Positions 26,363-41,099 are shown, numbered from the stretch's first letter. The stretch is 64,000 bases of DNA from Kudoa neothunni (GCA_964304625.1 OZ199839.1:6414690-6478689); one strand, 5' to 3'. The notes: generated by a model not told the origin, from the letters alone. Made by a program: numbers and translations.

Positions 26363-27661
26363 ATTGCCTATTAATGTATAAAAATCGGATAATAAGTGTT
26401 AATACGAGTATATTTTATATATTCTATATATTCTATGCATTATTGAAATAATTAAAGATATAAAAACGATTTAGTAAATTCAACTAATAAGTTTTTGTTA
26501 ATACAGATAAAAATTAAAACGAATATCAATTCGATAAATTTAATTTCGATGATTATTAACTATAACGTTGTATATAAGTCCATATTTTAATTAATGACAA
26601 GTTTTTGAAATTTTCCACAATTTTCATTTATTTCGACATTTTAATAACTTTGATGCATACTATTTTATTAATATGACATAACTAATTATGATCTGTATTT
26701 TCTAGAAATATAATAAAAGATCTTATCGGATAGCGACAGACATCATTCTATATGAAAAATATTAGCTAATGCTGCGAGTTAATTCGGATTATTTTCTCGC
26801 TAACTTAGATGATATTTAATACAATTATAGCAATCATTATGTGTATTTTTCGATCTTTTTGGCCTTATGATTACATTTTAATAATTCTTCTGATTTATTT
26901 GTTATTTACATTTTATGAATAAGCTTCAACTATAGTATTGTTACCTTGGTAATATCAACTTGCTTCCACCTTCTAACTATTTTAGTAAAACATGTTTATT
27001 ATTATTTCGATTGGAGACCTCCTATAAGCACGTTTATTAAAAAACTAGTAATAGTTTATTTTTTGAAATGAATATTAATAAAAACTATTCATATGTTAAA
27101 AAATTTTTAATTAATCATATAAATTAATATATGCCACACAAAGACATTACCGTCACTTTTTAATTATTGCGCTTATATCATAGATATTAATTATTATTTT
27201 ACTTTTAAGGTTATGCAAATTAAGAACCCCAACATTTTTCAAAATAAATTATCATATGTCCAATTTTTGCGCAAAAATCAAAATTTACTATTTTTCTTCT
27301 AATAAATATTTATTTTTTGACAGAAATTTGATTTTACGATATGATACATGAAATTAGTGTGTTTCATTGATTTATTCTAGGAATGATCTACTTTTTTTTC
27401 TTAATACGTTACAAAAGAATAATTTTTGGATATTTTTCTGATTATAATAAACTTTTCAAATAATATATATATTTTACGATAGAGTCTCTTTCCATAACAA
27501 TGGTGCATGCGCGAGGATTATAAGATTTCTTTTATTTCCGTTAATTCTGTATGTTATATAGGGATTAACCCACCATAATTTTTCAAACGAAATGATAATA
27601 ATCTTTTCAACACACCCCAGGGAGAAAAGACAAAATTATCAAATTTAAAATAACTATTCAT

Positions 27662-30391
27662 GATAATTATAAAGCCTGTGACTCCAGAAAATCTCCCATT
27701 TTCACGCGTTTTTTTCACAAAACTATTTTCTCGATTACATTCATCAATGAAAAAGAATATCAAGGGAAAAAATTCAGCTCATGAAATTAATTTCTAAATT
27801 TTGACAAAATATCGATAATTCCTCTATTTATTGCATATATAAATTTATTTACCTCATCAGATAACTCAAAATGTTTTTTATATAATAAATAGAACAAAAT
27901 AAATGTATTTAAGTGTAAAATAAGGTACTTCTCATGTCCAATAAAGTAATCTATTTTATTTCTTGCTATTTGAGTGAAAGCATTATATTAATTTAAGAAA
28001 TTATGTTAAACTAATGTTTTTAGTTTATTTATTATTTTCGTATCATTCATAATATCGTAACAGATATAATTATGAATTTCTTAAATTATTTAAACAAGCA
28101 TCGTAGTATTTTAGCTATATTTTATATTCAATTGACAGAAATATTTTCAATTTTTACGAAATGAAAATATTTAAGTATTGTTTATTTGCTAAATTAATGT
28201 TGAGTGGTTTAAACTAACCCAAAATATTTTGATGTGAAATAGTTACAGATACTGCAAGACATCAATAGTAATTCAAACCTATTTCCACTTTTTTATTATT
28301 AATCTAAAGAATTTTGTCATAATACACACATTTTTAATCTTAAAAATCTTCTAAAAGAAATTATTAAACATATTTTAATATAATTTGGAATAGGTGAATC
28401 ATAAAAATGGTTTATGGCATTACAAATACGATAAGAAAATTTTTACCTATATTGTAGAATATTGTTAGTCTATACACGAAGTTTCTGAGAATTTATAAAC
28501 TTTGGCAATTTATTTCATTTCAATTCCTTATAAATAATGGAAGGAACGTTTTTAAAATAAATCAAATTAAATTGATAAGCATATCCTATTACTATGATTA
28601 ATTGACAACGTTTCGCAATTATATTTAAGCACATGAAATTAACAAAAAAAAACATTTCAAATTTTAATTGTTGTAATAACATTATCTGTTAAAAAAATTT
28701 TTTCTGGATTTGCGGTACTTACATGGTAATCTATATATGGATTTAGAATAACCTTCCTATAATTATTACATAATGATTTCAAATTTTTTAAACTTTGAAG
28801 CGGTGAATTAAGACATCCTTAATGCCCGTTGAGGCAAAAAATTCAAATGAGACTATAATTTTTGTTAGAATATTATTTAACAGTCTTATTTTTGAGCCAA
28901 TGAATGATCTAAACCATTCTTCTATTAGGTACTCAGGCAGATTTTCAAACGAAACCCCTCTTTTAATTCAGAGAAATTGTGTTTTTAATGTCCCCCAACA
29001 CGTTTCAATTGTGTTTGTGTAGGCACCGTTCCTGATAAACTCCTTAGAATGGTTCACTCGAAAATGGTCATATCCGAGGGAACTTATACCATTGTAGGCT
29101 GCCCATTCATCGCTACAAATTTGTGAGCCTTTTATCACTTCGGTTTCAATAGTAGGCAGGGGTGTGCTGGCGTTTCGTCGCTTTACATAAAAGTATCGGA
29201 TATCTTTAAAGGTTCTAATATCATGGTCGTCAATTTTACATAAGCACAGCCAAATATCCATGACCCATCAATACAGTTTACATACTTTTCCTTTATAATT
29301 TCCGTTGCTATATTTTACATTCAAAATATAAATGAAAGAATCATCTGCAAACTCGATCTCAGAAGGTAAATATTCACTCCCACTTATTTCATCGGTATCT
29401 ATAAATATTTTGTTAAATAAAGTAAATATATAGTATGCATACTTGGAGACAAAATTTCTCTATTGGGTGACGTGTGGAAAACGTCACCCTTTAGATATCT
29501 TCCACGGTTATGTTTCCTTTTCCCGTGTATAAAACACTCGTCAATTTCTAAGACGTAGCCTTTTTCGTAAGAAGAGTGACACAAACCGTGAATTTTTTTA
29601 TATCAGGCGGAAGCGGTTGGCCAACTTATGCCAGACATTTCAGCGGATGCTGATAATATGGTGAAATCCATGGACCAATTATATAAAATTTAAAGAATTT
29701 TTTTCAATGTTAAATTTTGGGATGGACCAACTATTCCCGTCGTTGAAAAAAATGTTCCTATTCTAGTAGAAATATTAGTTTTACACTTAGATATAATTGA
29801 ATTTATTTACATATGATATATTTGCATACTTTTTACAAATAAAAGTATAGGAAAACTCCATCATATTTCTATCATATGATGTTTGTAGGTTACCGGTCTC
29901 AAAATGTTTAGCTTGCGTTTGCTTATTGTAAACGTATCATAATTCCAACAGTTTTTACATCTGTTGAGGGCATTTCTCGGGTAAACTTTGGTTAACGAGG
30001 TTTTTAATAAATCATCATAATTATATATTACCAAGTAAAAATCATCATCTCCTCTGAAAACCAAAAACTCCATTGCCGATTGTGCGCCATGATATAATTT
30101 CCCGTGATACATTTAGTCAAGTTAGGAAATAAACTAAAATAGTACGGACAATTTTAAACCACGAATGAATCATAATGTTTGCAAAAAACGCCAAATTTCA
30201 ATACATGTCGTAAACATAAGATGGATTCCACGTGGCGATAATTTATCCCGAATCAAAATTTGGTCCAAATTTAGAAATTAATTTCATGAATTGAATCTTT
30301 GCTCTCGATACTCTTCCTCATTGATAAATATAATAGTGAAAAAATGCACGTAAATGAGAGATTTTCAGGAGTCACAGGCTTTATAATTACC
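27662..30391. mobile_element. Merlin (IS1016/ISXO2-like) DNA transposon, decayed, about 2.7 kb
   Basis: About 140-bp imperfect inverted repeats (GATAATTATAAAGCCTGTGACTCC.. and ..GGAGTCACAGGCTTTATAATTACC) enclose the transposase relic. No clear TSD. Confidence 0.8.
28800..29780 (-). pseudogene. ISXO2/IS1595-family DDE transposase pseudogene
   Basis: Fragments VLEIDECFIHGKRKHNRGR and ICSDEWAAYNGISSLGYDHFRVNHSKEF..TNTIETCWGTLK carry the family D, D and E motifs and are split by frameshifts. Confidence 0.88.
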
Positions 30392-31153
30392 CATAGCCTA
30401 AAAGACGGTAGGTAATGATATTTGAAATCCCCCTGCGACCACTCATTACATCAATCTAGGAATAAATATAATGAAATATTATTTTCCTTACGGTTTCATA
30501 GAATACTGAATCACTCGAAAATAACACAAATCCTTAATTTTTGCTATCATCATCGTCTATTACTGAGGACATGTCTCCATATTAGTAGTAACTGCGACCA
30601 GAGTTTTCTGTGTAAATATTCATTTCTCCTGGGTTTCAGCCTATTTGGTGATGAAAATTAGCACGAGTGATCGTTTTGGGAGAATAAAATATATCTTTGT
30701 GCCTTTAGTTCCACGTTATACCAATAATGTTGCTAATAAATAGTGTTTGAAACAGCAATCCGCCGTATATTTGCTATCGAATTATTAAGCTAGGTGTCTT
30801 ATTCACAATATATAAAATCGAGATAAATTAGATAAGTCTAAAACATATTCTATCTCTATCTATGGTCAAGAAATATCCCAGCAAAGCACACGCGTTTTGT
30901 TTCTGAGGTTAGTACAGGGAAGGCTCATTAGCTTGATTATTCGTTAAAATTCTTGATTATATTTAAACAAAATATGATTTAATAGTGGAGAATATATATA
31001 AGTATTTTCATAAAAACTATAATTATTCATAATATAAAAATTACATTAACCGAAAGCAAAAAATTAAGAAATCAACAGCTTAAACGATCGAAAAATTACT
31101 AAGAAATGATTAAATCACAAAATTTATTAGCAAAAAACAACTACAAACACGAT

Positions 31154-33960
31154 TTATTTATTGTTATTTTTCGAAGACTCAAACTTGACAACCTAGGAAA
31201 TTAGAAAGCGAATCAAATAACGTCAGTCAAAATAATAATTACTTGAGCGACATTTTGTTTAACAATCTGGTAGATTTCACCAATAAAAGTTGGCGAAGAT
31301 TCATCCAGATCACTAACAAAGGCTTTACACACTAGAAACAGTTTTTTCCTGCATCGTTTGTAGAGGGGACTATTAGTGTCGGTCATGTTGTGTTTGCGTT
31401 GGAGTACAGCTTCTATTTGAGTCAGCAATTTCTTCAAAAATAGTCAAATCAATATCGTTGAGGTTTTCCACAATTACTTTGCCGGAGTCGGATGAACGAT
31501 GCGACGTTTTGGCAGATAAATTGTCGATCGAGGATAAATGACGAATACCGTCATTTAATTTATTCGCCTTTAACTGCACATCCATAGAAAAGGATGAATT
31601 TCGTTTTTTCAGCGACATTTTAGCTAATTAAATAAATTGGATTGAGTAATGCTCACCCAACGACAACGTAAACCACTCACCGCCATGGTTGTCACCGCTG
31701 TCGAAGCTGGCACATTTGAGAAGAGTTTTATGTGAGGCTGTTAAAGTGCTACGGGTGGCGGAATCCATCTTTTCCAGCAATTTGTAATCAGAAGTTAGTT
31801 TGATGTTGTTTTCTTTGTCGAACACTATAATTAAGTGAATGTTTGTTAATAATTCTCACTGTATCATTTATCCATTTATCGTACTGTAGTCTAATTTTTC
31901 GTTTGACGGAAGGTCATTATCAATTGTTAAATCAACAGATTGTCCGTCAAAAGGTCCAAAACCAAGCGGGAAGCAACGAATCTCAATGTCCTCGAATTTT
32001 TTAGCTAAGCAATACAACTTCTTATTGAAAATATTCAGTCTTGGATCTGTGAAACATTTGTGGTAGCAGATCAGTACAAAATTCATCAGAAAATAAGATT
32101 CTAATCACCCAGATTAATATTATCTAGTGTGTGTGTTCGAAAGTATTCTTTCAATTTTGGCCATAACGAACTTTTCTCGCCAATTCTGTTGTCGCAATAA
32201 CGGAGTTCAATTAGAAAAATATTTTTCTCAAACAAAGTAGTTAAAAAAGGTTCATTATCCCTATAAAGATTCAAGATAGACTCGAGCATTTTCGAAGTTT
32301 GATTGAGAAACAATACTCAAATTGCAACTGAAAATAAGCGTCGCGGTCTACGTGATTTTCGAGGAACGCACTGCTACTCAAATCGTAATGAATAAGGCCA
32401 TATGGGCAGAATATTGAGTTATCTATTTGGCACGAAATGAATCAAACACACCATCTCCATAAAATAGTTGTTCATATGGCAGGATGATTGTACCTAACAG
32501 TTTTAACAGATTTTCATCGTCGGTCTCCACTCTGAATAATGTGGCCACATTCTCGTTAATTGCGAACTAAAAATAGAAAATCAGAGTATTTCCATTGGTA
32601 GATGAATTCCTAGAGCCAAACTACCACACTGTTGGTTTGATTGGAGTGATCTGTTGTAGGTGATGAATCACATTTGTGATGTGGATCTTTTAATGAATAG
32701 TATCTCAGCGCACCTCGCCAAAAAACATCAGATTCCAACCATTCAACCAAATCATCCATGTCCAACCACTCGAAATTAATCAAAAAATTCCAACCATTCC
32801 TAAATCGATATTGTGTGAGTAGCATAGATAACAATAATAGAAGAATTTAAAGCTGTTGGGTTGATAGGCAACAGTTACTTGAATGAAGATGACAATGTAT
32901 CCAATTGTGATGTACAAAGACTTATATTGGCGCCATACACATAGAAAAAATACAACGATAATTCATTTAACCAACTAAACACAATGAACCACTCATTATC
33001 CACCTGTGACTATTAACATTAATCGAATTCGTACCTAATGTAGGATGAATTGTTCTCAAAACTCGTATCGTTCATTATAAATACGCGTAAATCAACAGCA
33101 CACTCATGGAATGAATCCATCAACTTAACACAACGTTGCATTATGCGATCACAGGATTGTTGAGTGCTATCACCACCATCCCTGCTGGTGGTCGATATAC
33201 GTTCAATTGATGACTGAAGATATTTGGAAAGGTTCTCACTGTTGAGAACCTCCCTCCATATGCAGAACTCCTCACACTCTCTCTCCCCAAACTGATCGCT
33301 TATTAAAGCTACTTTGAGACTGGTTTTAGTACAGATTGCGTTCATTTTACTGACCAACAGAGAACTGCTGGAAAAACAATTGTACAATTTTTCAAGTGTT
33401 GAATTAACTCCGGATGAACACGAATTCACTATCATCAACAAATACTTGTCCATTTCCATCAACAACCTACTATCTCCACCTATGGCTCCATGTATTTTTT
33501 GCGCGCGTGTTATAATATTTAATATCTAATTAAAGCAATGCACCAAAAATAAGCGAGAGATTAGCTATCCAATGCTCTAAATAGGAATCCAATTGATAGA
33601 GTTGACTGGTCTCGTACATCATTCGTTTGGTGTCACATGGGTGAACCCACCAACACATCATACCACTCATTGGATGACTCTAAACACAATGAAATCCATT
33701 TACAACACCACACCGAGATTAGCTTAGTCTTAATCTTCACTACGATCAAACCGCTTCGGCATCAACCACCCAACACCGTGGTTTCAATAATTTAATTCGA
33801 TATCAAAAAAAAGGTTACCGTTTTCGATATATGTGTCGGTTGTCTGCATTCTATAAGCTGTTCAAGTTTTCCTAGCTCTATCAATGGATTTCCTTCTAAA
33901 TAATACATTAAAACACATATTTTTGTGTGTAAAATTAGTGGAGTTGTCTTCTATGGAGAT
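31154..33960 (-). CDS. MTBP-like (Mdm2-binding protein / Sld7 counterpart) multi-exon gene; start approximate
   Basis: Chain of short-intron exons. The C-terminus VLQRKHNMTDTNSPLYKRCRKKLFLVCKAFVSDL..EIYQIVKQNVAQ-VVKF resembles, from memory, the MTBP C-terminal domain (..C.QRLFEISKFYLKDL..NNAVQV). A WRG motif occurs in the N-terminal half. Confidence 0.6.
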
Positions 33961-34488
33961 TATGATAATATTATTTAAAATAGAATTTGTAAATTGTAAT
34001 TTTGTTCGGATTTATGATTGATATTTATTATGAAGCCGAAAGATCGTTGTGTTTCGTTATTCCTTTTGCGGCTTGACTCACGGTGATTAATTAACCCTTT
34101 CATTAAAAGCTTTACTATTTTCAGCTGAAGACAGTTATTTCTCTCTCAAAAGCTATATAAATGTTAAAATATTGTTTAAGATTACCAAAATTTTATTTAT
34201 TTATTTATTCTCGTTAGATATCAACGTGATTTAATCGCTAGGCGGATAACCGGGTTTACACATCTACCTATCGAAGCATTTACATAACAGTTTTCAAGTG
34301 CTAATTTTATCTTCTATTCCGCAGCCATTAACACTATGGAGATTGCAAAAAGTAATATTTTGTTTAAGCCACAATTAATCCAAATGTTTTCGAATAACTT
34401 TTGTTGGGTGTTCGGAAATATTCGTGCCATGCTGTTAAAATTAATAATTAACCCAGTTTTAGGGATTTTGATAATTTGGGTGTGTTGT

Positions 34489-34723
34489 GTAACCTTTTGA
34501 GGACAACCTTAGGCAAAATGAGCCCACGTTTATATTATAAATTTTATTAATAAACTTGGTATATTTTACGTAATTTACCTAATTTTTAAAAATAGTATTA
34601 TTTATCGATTAATGTAATAAAATGAGTAGAAGTTCCGATGAAAACACATAAAATGTAACCAACTTAACAACACGATAATATAGAGGTGGCGCATGGAGTT
34701 TATGGTTGTCCTCAAAGGGTTAA
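34489..34723. mobile_element. piggyBac-like MITE (about 230 bp)
   Basis: (G)TAA-CCTTTTGAGGACAACC ... GGTTGTCCTCAAAGGG-TTAA. Confidence 0.7.
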
Positions 34724-35088
34724 TGAAGAAAAATCATTTAAATACTTTTGTAAGAGGAAGTTATTAATTTTTTATGTTAATGTTTAATAATTAAGCGTAT
34801 TCATCATTATTTTATTTTGATAACTTTTGAACAACGAAAAGACGTACGAAATAATTTTTGACGCGCGTGCGCCAACACAAAGGTGTTTAGATATTAAAAT
34901 TTAGATGAAATGGCGCGTATCCATTAATTTCGAGCGATTCTTCAAGGAAAAAAATTTTGAGTTCTCATGTAATAACTAAAACCACTAATTGATGTAAATA
35001 TAAACGCGCGCGTAATTACAGGATTTCAAAATCAAAATGCAACCTTCTTAAATTAAAACATAGTTCCAGTTATCAATATTTTCTGCGT

Positions 35089-36066
35089 TTGACCTTCAGA
35101 GCGTTTTTGGGATCAATAAAACCCCAGTCATTTATCTCAATATAACTATTTTATACATTTCTAAACTATAGATTAAATATTTTTAAACAATTTCTTTAAT
35201 TCAAATTGAAATTTTTTTTAATGAACCTGATGAAAAACTAAAAATTTAATGAACGATGTTGGCCGATTATCACCGATAAGGTAAATTTTTAATGATGAGC
35301 GATTTTGAACACGATTTATTGTCAAATTATGATGCATAGGCGAGTGAAATTTATGACGAAATTGCTATGTTGATAAAAATGGAGATAAATGATCGATTGA
35401 AAAGTCTAAAATAGCGGAAACCAGAAGTTATAATCTATTATAATCAACACAAGGGTAGTGTAGTCACAATTGGCATGATTATATCTACAACAAATGCCAA
35501 AAGATACACAAATCGATGACCAACAGCTGTTCTCTGCTATATCATTGATATTAGTTTAATTATCACATTTCACATTTACAAAAATATTTTCTCAGATTCA
35601 AATTTTTGGAACAGTTAGCTGATAGTCTAGTTAAAAAAGATGTTATTTGTTTGACTGTGTTCAAGACAAAAAAATAAAAATATTCAGTTCAAATGGACAA
35701 TTGACAATTATATTGTGAAAATCACTCAAAACTCACTTGCTCAAAATGCTCCAAATATAGCAATTATTAGGTTTAAAAAAATATCATGCCCCAATTTTAT
35801 CAAACATTTGAAACTTCATCAATAGGAATGGCTACACAACTTAAATTAGTCAAATATTGATTTATATACACAATTTAATGATTTCGGCATTATTCGTACA
35901 ATCTCGTACGTGCTATTTTTAGTCATTACTCCAACATTAATGATTAGATTTAATTTTAGCCCCATAAAATATTTTATTATACCTTTATTGGGGAAAAAAT
36001 CTGTGGTCGTATTGACCCCAAAATAAGGAGAGTGTATTGTCGATTTTGGGACGCTCGGCAAGTTAA
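35089..36066. mobile_element. Non-autonomous piggyBac-like element, copy B (inverted relative to 6971-8189)
   Basis: Ends TTGA-CCTTCAGAGCG and GGGACGCTCGGCAAG-TTAA. Long internal reverse-complement identity to copy A, e.g. GATACACAAATCGATGACCAACAGCTGTT. Confidence 0.8.
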
Positions 36067-36979
36067 CGTCCTATAATGTATTTCTTAGCTTCAAAATAAA
36101 TCTTATACGGAGAATTTGTTAGGATAACGAGATTTTTTACAATTACTTCAGTTTTGGATAGGGAGAATAAAAACCATACAAAAAAAACAATAGAGGGGTA
36201 CACTCTAATTTAGGATAATTCAATACAATCTAGGAGAATGAGATTACAAATCCTTCCTTATTATGTATTATGTAATATCAAGGTATAAATGATCGTTTAA
36301 CAGAAATACGCTTCTAGTAAAAAACAACTTAAATACAAATGAAATCTAATATTTGCAGAATATAAAAATATATGACTCTAAGACGGAGATATCGCGTACT
36401 ACACGACACGAACCGAGTATTGACGAAACGCACATAGCGTTTTAAGTCGGAACGAGTAATTTATAAAAAATTTATCTTAGAGTTATTGACTGCAGTCAAA
36501 AATTAGAAAAAACATTTAGAATTATTTTTAAGGCAAATGGAAAATTACCACAATCCGTCACACTAAAATACAACACCGGCACCTGATATGACACACTATG
36601 GATTATGTGAAATTGAAAACTAAATTCTTTCTATAATTCAATAGAGAAAAATCCTGACCGGAAACAAATTACTTCATTCTCACGCTTTTCCAAGTATACA
36701 ATATCCTAGCACACATAACAGAAAAACAATAGAGAGTTTTTCACAGGCTGTAATACCTTAAAATATTTTTTGCGCCATTTCGAATGATGTTTTCTCGATA
36801 GTCTATCACAACAAACTACAAAGTTATCGTACGAAATTCGACCATCAAACATGTGAACGGTGTCTCGGGTTTATTCGGGTGTGTGCACGAGACTTCTACG
36901 AACGCCGTCAGCCGTATATATTTAGTTTGCGTTAAGGTAGTTTTTTGGTGTGCTCTGTGCTGATTCATTGTTTCATAGG

Positions 36980-37645
36980 ATGCCAACCTACTCTGTTACT
37001 CCAGAAAATCCCACAAAATGTTGCAAATCACAGGGTTCCTACTTGAGAGTCCATTTCAAAAATACTCGCGAAGCTGCAGCTATGTTAAAAAATATGCACT
37101 TGAAAAAGGCCCAGGAATACCTCAGTAATGTGATGAGTCACAAAGACATTGTGCCATTTAGAAGATTTTGTGGGGGTGTTGGAAGGAAATCGATGGTATA
37201 TCATCATCCATCCATTTGTTGCTCGGTCGCAGTATTTTAATGCCTTGATACCCATAGGCTAAGCAACACAAAGCTTCCCAAGGTAGATGGCCCGAAAAAA
37301 GTTGCAAGCATCTTCTTTATTTGCTGAAAAATCTCGAAAGCAATGCCGAAGTGAAAGGACTTGATGTTGACAGTCTTGTGCTCACTCACGTACAAGTGAA
37401 TCCCGCTCCTGTTATGAGAAGAAGAACCTATCGTGCTCACGGTCGTGTTAACCGTATGTTGTTTTTCCTGATTGTCGTTCACAGTTGGTTTTATTCTAGC
37501 CTATATGAGCAATCCATGCCACATTGAAATCATTGCCAGTGAAAAGGATAAATACATCCCTAAGGCTACCACCGGTAGTGTTGTTGTTAAAAAGGTATCC
37601 AAAAAGAAGATGGCCAGAGAATTGCGCGCTCAAAAGCAAAAATAA
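36980..37645 (+). CDS. RPL17: 60S ribosomal protein L17 (uL22)
   Basis: [75 protein letters not shown]; two coding introns and a probable 5'UTR intron at 36937-36978. Confidence 0.98.
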
Positions 37646-38233
37646 TTATCTATCTCCAATTTAGACAATTGAAATTTGGATATATTAGAAATTACGGCTT
37701 TATTTTCGCGTCTTTCCTATAAATTTTCTTAATTCGGGGCTTTATAAAATTCGGTTTTGTTATAATGTTATGATGATTTTACGGTAATCGATAAATACCA
37801 TAGAAAAGTGTTTCGACTATAATTGCTTTATCTGCTGTCGTTGGGTGAACGTTTTTCAGTTGAATCTTTGCGACTCAGACTCAGCTACTCGAATTGTTTA
37901 TTATTGTTATGAGTTGGAATTGGTTTCAAATATCTCAATTAAATGTATAGAGACTAAGTTTCCATAGAAGTGTGTATCAAAAAGTGATTTTAGATGGGAC
38001 TAAACAAATACTGAGCCGATGTTCTATTTGAGGAGTGTAATAACAATCTAAACTCTTTAACTGATGAGAAACATAAAATATATGTTGAAATGCTTCACAG
38101 TGGCTATCTTGGTGTTTTCAATATGAAATTTTCAAAGTACTTTATAACTTAAGATTTGGTCTCTAATTTTCTTATTTTTTTGACTATACCAACGGCCATA
38201 TTACTAATTTTTCTGAAAATGATGATATACTGA

Positions 38234-39346
38234 TTAACCCTCTAATGAATTTTTGATAAATTTTTACCAAAACAAATAGTAATTGGTCGTATACATGATT
38301 TTTCTCCTTTTATAGGATACGCGTTTTTTTAATCTTTCGAAACGGTGAGATATATACGATTTTAAAATATTATGACTAAAAATATAAAATCATTGAAGAA
38401 ATAATAATATGTTTACAACTCAATGAATTTTTTTTATCCATTTGATAGATAAAATGTTAGTTATTACAATAATCAAATTTGGGGTTTATCTCATGGATAT
38501 CTTTGAAGTTATATGGCTATTATTTCTATTAATTGTCACTAACTTTCCATTTAATTTTTTCGTTTGCGGTAATAGAAAACGGATTCAGACGATAGTAGTT
38601 ATAATGATTAGTCAATTTCTTCTAAAAATGATTGTGAATATTTAAAACCAGTATGTCGGAAGAAACTTGCGGGATTGAAAACTGAGAATTCGGTTCAATG
38701 TACAACCAATAAGATAGCGTATAGTGGTGTTTTCCTATTTTGTGGATGTTTAACTTATAAATTTGTTATCCATATATATAAAAATCCTGAGATCTCTTCT
38801 TATCCATTTCTGTATAACCCAGGAAACAAACTTCAAAAACAGAATTCTCATGATGTGAATTTATTCCATTGATAATTGATTAGAAAACCACTACTGTTTG
38901 TTTCAGATGCACGAAACGCTGCTGCTAAATTCATTCTATGAATGTTTGCGAATCTTATTTTCATTAAATATTGTATTTTATTGTGAAAATAATAATTTGA
39001 ATATTTATTACATGATATAAGCGTGAAATCTACTAAAATATTAAGCTTTAATCGAAAACTGTCTTGGCGGATTCTAACGAATACAGCTTTCGTAGGATTA
39101 TGAGGATTACTTCTCATGATGTTTGTTGTTCTACAACTGAATCTAGCGTGAGGATTTTGTCTACTTTTATTTTATGCGAATAAATATTTTAATTTATTAT
39201 AAATCCTAAAGTACGTAACAACCCACATAATTCAAAAATTGTCCATATCCAATTTTGATGTCACATAATTTACCTATTGTCATCTAAAATTTACCCCCTT
39301 TGGTAAATTTACATCTGGTTGAGAACTCACTACATTAGAGGGTTAA
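38234..39346. mobile_element. Non-autonomous piggyBac-like element (about 1.1 kb)
   Basis: TTAA-CCCTCTAATG ... CATTAGAGGG-TTAA: perfect short inverted repeats with a TTAA duplication. Confidence 0.7.
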
Positions 39347-41099
39347 CAAGTTGCCGGAATAAATATGTAAATTGGGTGCGTCACGTGATTTTTGATATAT
39401 ATTTTGCGTCATTTATATCAACTAAAATTGAAGATAATTGTATGTATGTATGTATGTATGTAATAATTGGAAACATTCACAATTATACTTAATTAATTTT
39501 ACAGAAAGTATGCAAAATCGGTTAACTATTGGAATTTCTAGAACGCGTGAACGTGATGTGACATACGGAGTTATTAAAACGCTAAAAATGATATTGGTTA
39601 CATTAAAAACGGATTTATTGAGACATCAATTAACATAATTTCTCCATAATTTCCATAGATTAACTTAAACTTATTTAAGTCCATAATGTATTTAAAAGTA
39701 GAGAATACATTTTATTTGCATTACTCTTCCTAAAAGTGTCTATTTTTTATATACAACGCGGTCGTTTATTAGCCTAGCTTTTACAGTTTCCAAAAAAGAT
39801 TGAGCGTGATGAAATGTGTGATGCATTTCACGCCAATCACGCGCGTGACGTGACACGCATAGAAACCCTATTACGGACTATATATCCTATATATACGTAG
39901 ATCAAATAAAACCCACCCTTAATATGATTAAAATATTAATAATATATGAACATTATACAAATAAGACCAATTTCAATATCGAAAACGATTTTTGAAGAAA
40001 TTATTAATTAAAGATAACATTGAAAGATAAATATTAGCTAATAAATTTTTTATAAGTTAGTTTTTTAACTATGATATTGATCTATAATTCATATAATAAC
40101 ACATTTAAAATTATGGAATAATTGTCACTTGTTTATAACTTAAACTGAAATTTATGTCATTACTGTGCATTTTACTTCTAAAAATTAAGTAGCAAATCCA
40201 CAAATAGATTTTCTATAAATAGTCTGAATATAAAATAAAGCATTCACTGAAATAATGTAATTCCATACTAATATAAAAATTTTTTGTTTACTCCTTTTTT
40301 TATTTATCGAAAATCGACTGTTCTAATATTACTTTTAAATATAATATTTATACCAAGATTTATTATATAAGATTCCAAATATATTGAACATTTTAAATTG
40401 TTGATACAACTACATATAATTTTGGAGACTAATAAATTTTCATGAAAATGCATGTATGACTCCCCCTTTACGTGTATAATATATAAGTCTATAAAAATCT
40501 GTAAACTAAAAGTAGCATTAATAAACCGATATACGTACATTAAAAGTCAACATAACATTTTTGTATATTAGAAAATACGATGTTTTTGTGAAATATGCGA
40601 ACAATCTATTTTTTAATTGAAAGTTGTTATAATTAAATAAATAAAAATGTATATAGTGATAATAAATAATTTCTGAGATAGGAAATAGGAACAAGAGGAG
40701 AATGTTAAATATTTATTGTAACACGATTAATTCAGCTCGTTTAATCGGGAACGTTCGGATGGAAAATTGTTAAGATTTAGAAGTTGTTATTATTGGCTGC
40801 ATCTTTGTAATTTGAATCATTTTGTTATAGAAAATAATTCAAAAAGAAGAAAAATTTGAGCAAGACGGTGACACTCACTCCAACATTCCTTGAACATCAC
40901 CCCATTAAATCCAAATTATTCGTTAAGATATTCTAAACAGCTTTGACATTTATTCTAAAATTAAAGTAAGTATATGCAACTAGTCTATAATGAACTCAGA
41001 ATTTATTTATAACAAAATCGGATACCGAACGATTGCGAATCGAACACGCGATAACAGAGTTCATAATGTGAGCGCTCACGCAGGCCTTCTAAGACGTGT

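Noticed and set aside
28800-29780. Bacterial contamination or recent horizontal IS transfer
   Set aside because: Decayed, host-like AT content and embedded between intron-containing genes; eukaryotic Merlin elements explain it.
31391-31480. Programmed frameshift between overlapping ORFs 31373-31618 and 31213-31437
   Set aside because: Explained by a roughly 46-nt GTAATT...TTTGAAG intron.
37196-37257. Intronic snoRNA in RPL17
   Set aside because: The intron is about 62 nt and lacks box C/D motifs.
37900-38150. Possible small gene downstream of RPL17
   Set aside because: Short open frame with no recognisable motif and no consistent start or splice structure.
40840-40960. Ninth saposin gene (minus-strand CQSC)
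   Set aside because: In-frame stops on both sides, and no matching signal exon, splice pattern or C5-C6 motif.
40990-41064. U5 snRNA (ACTCTG...TCTGAGT stem on the minus strand)
   Set aside because: Lacks the invariant loop 1 GCCUUUUAC.
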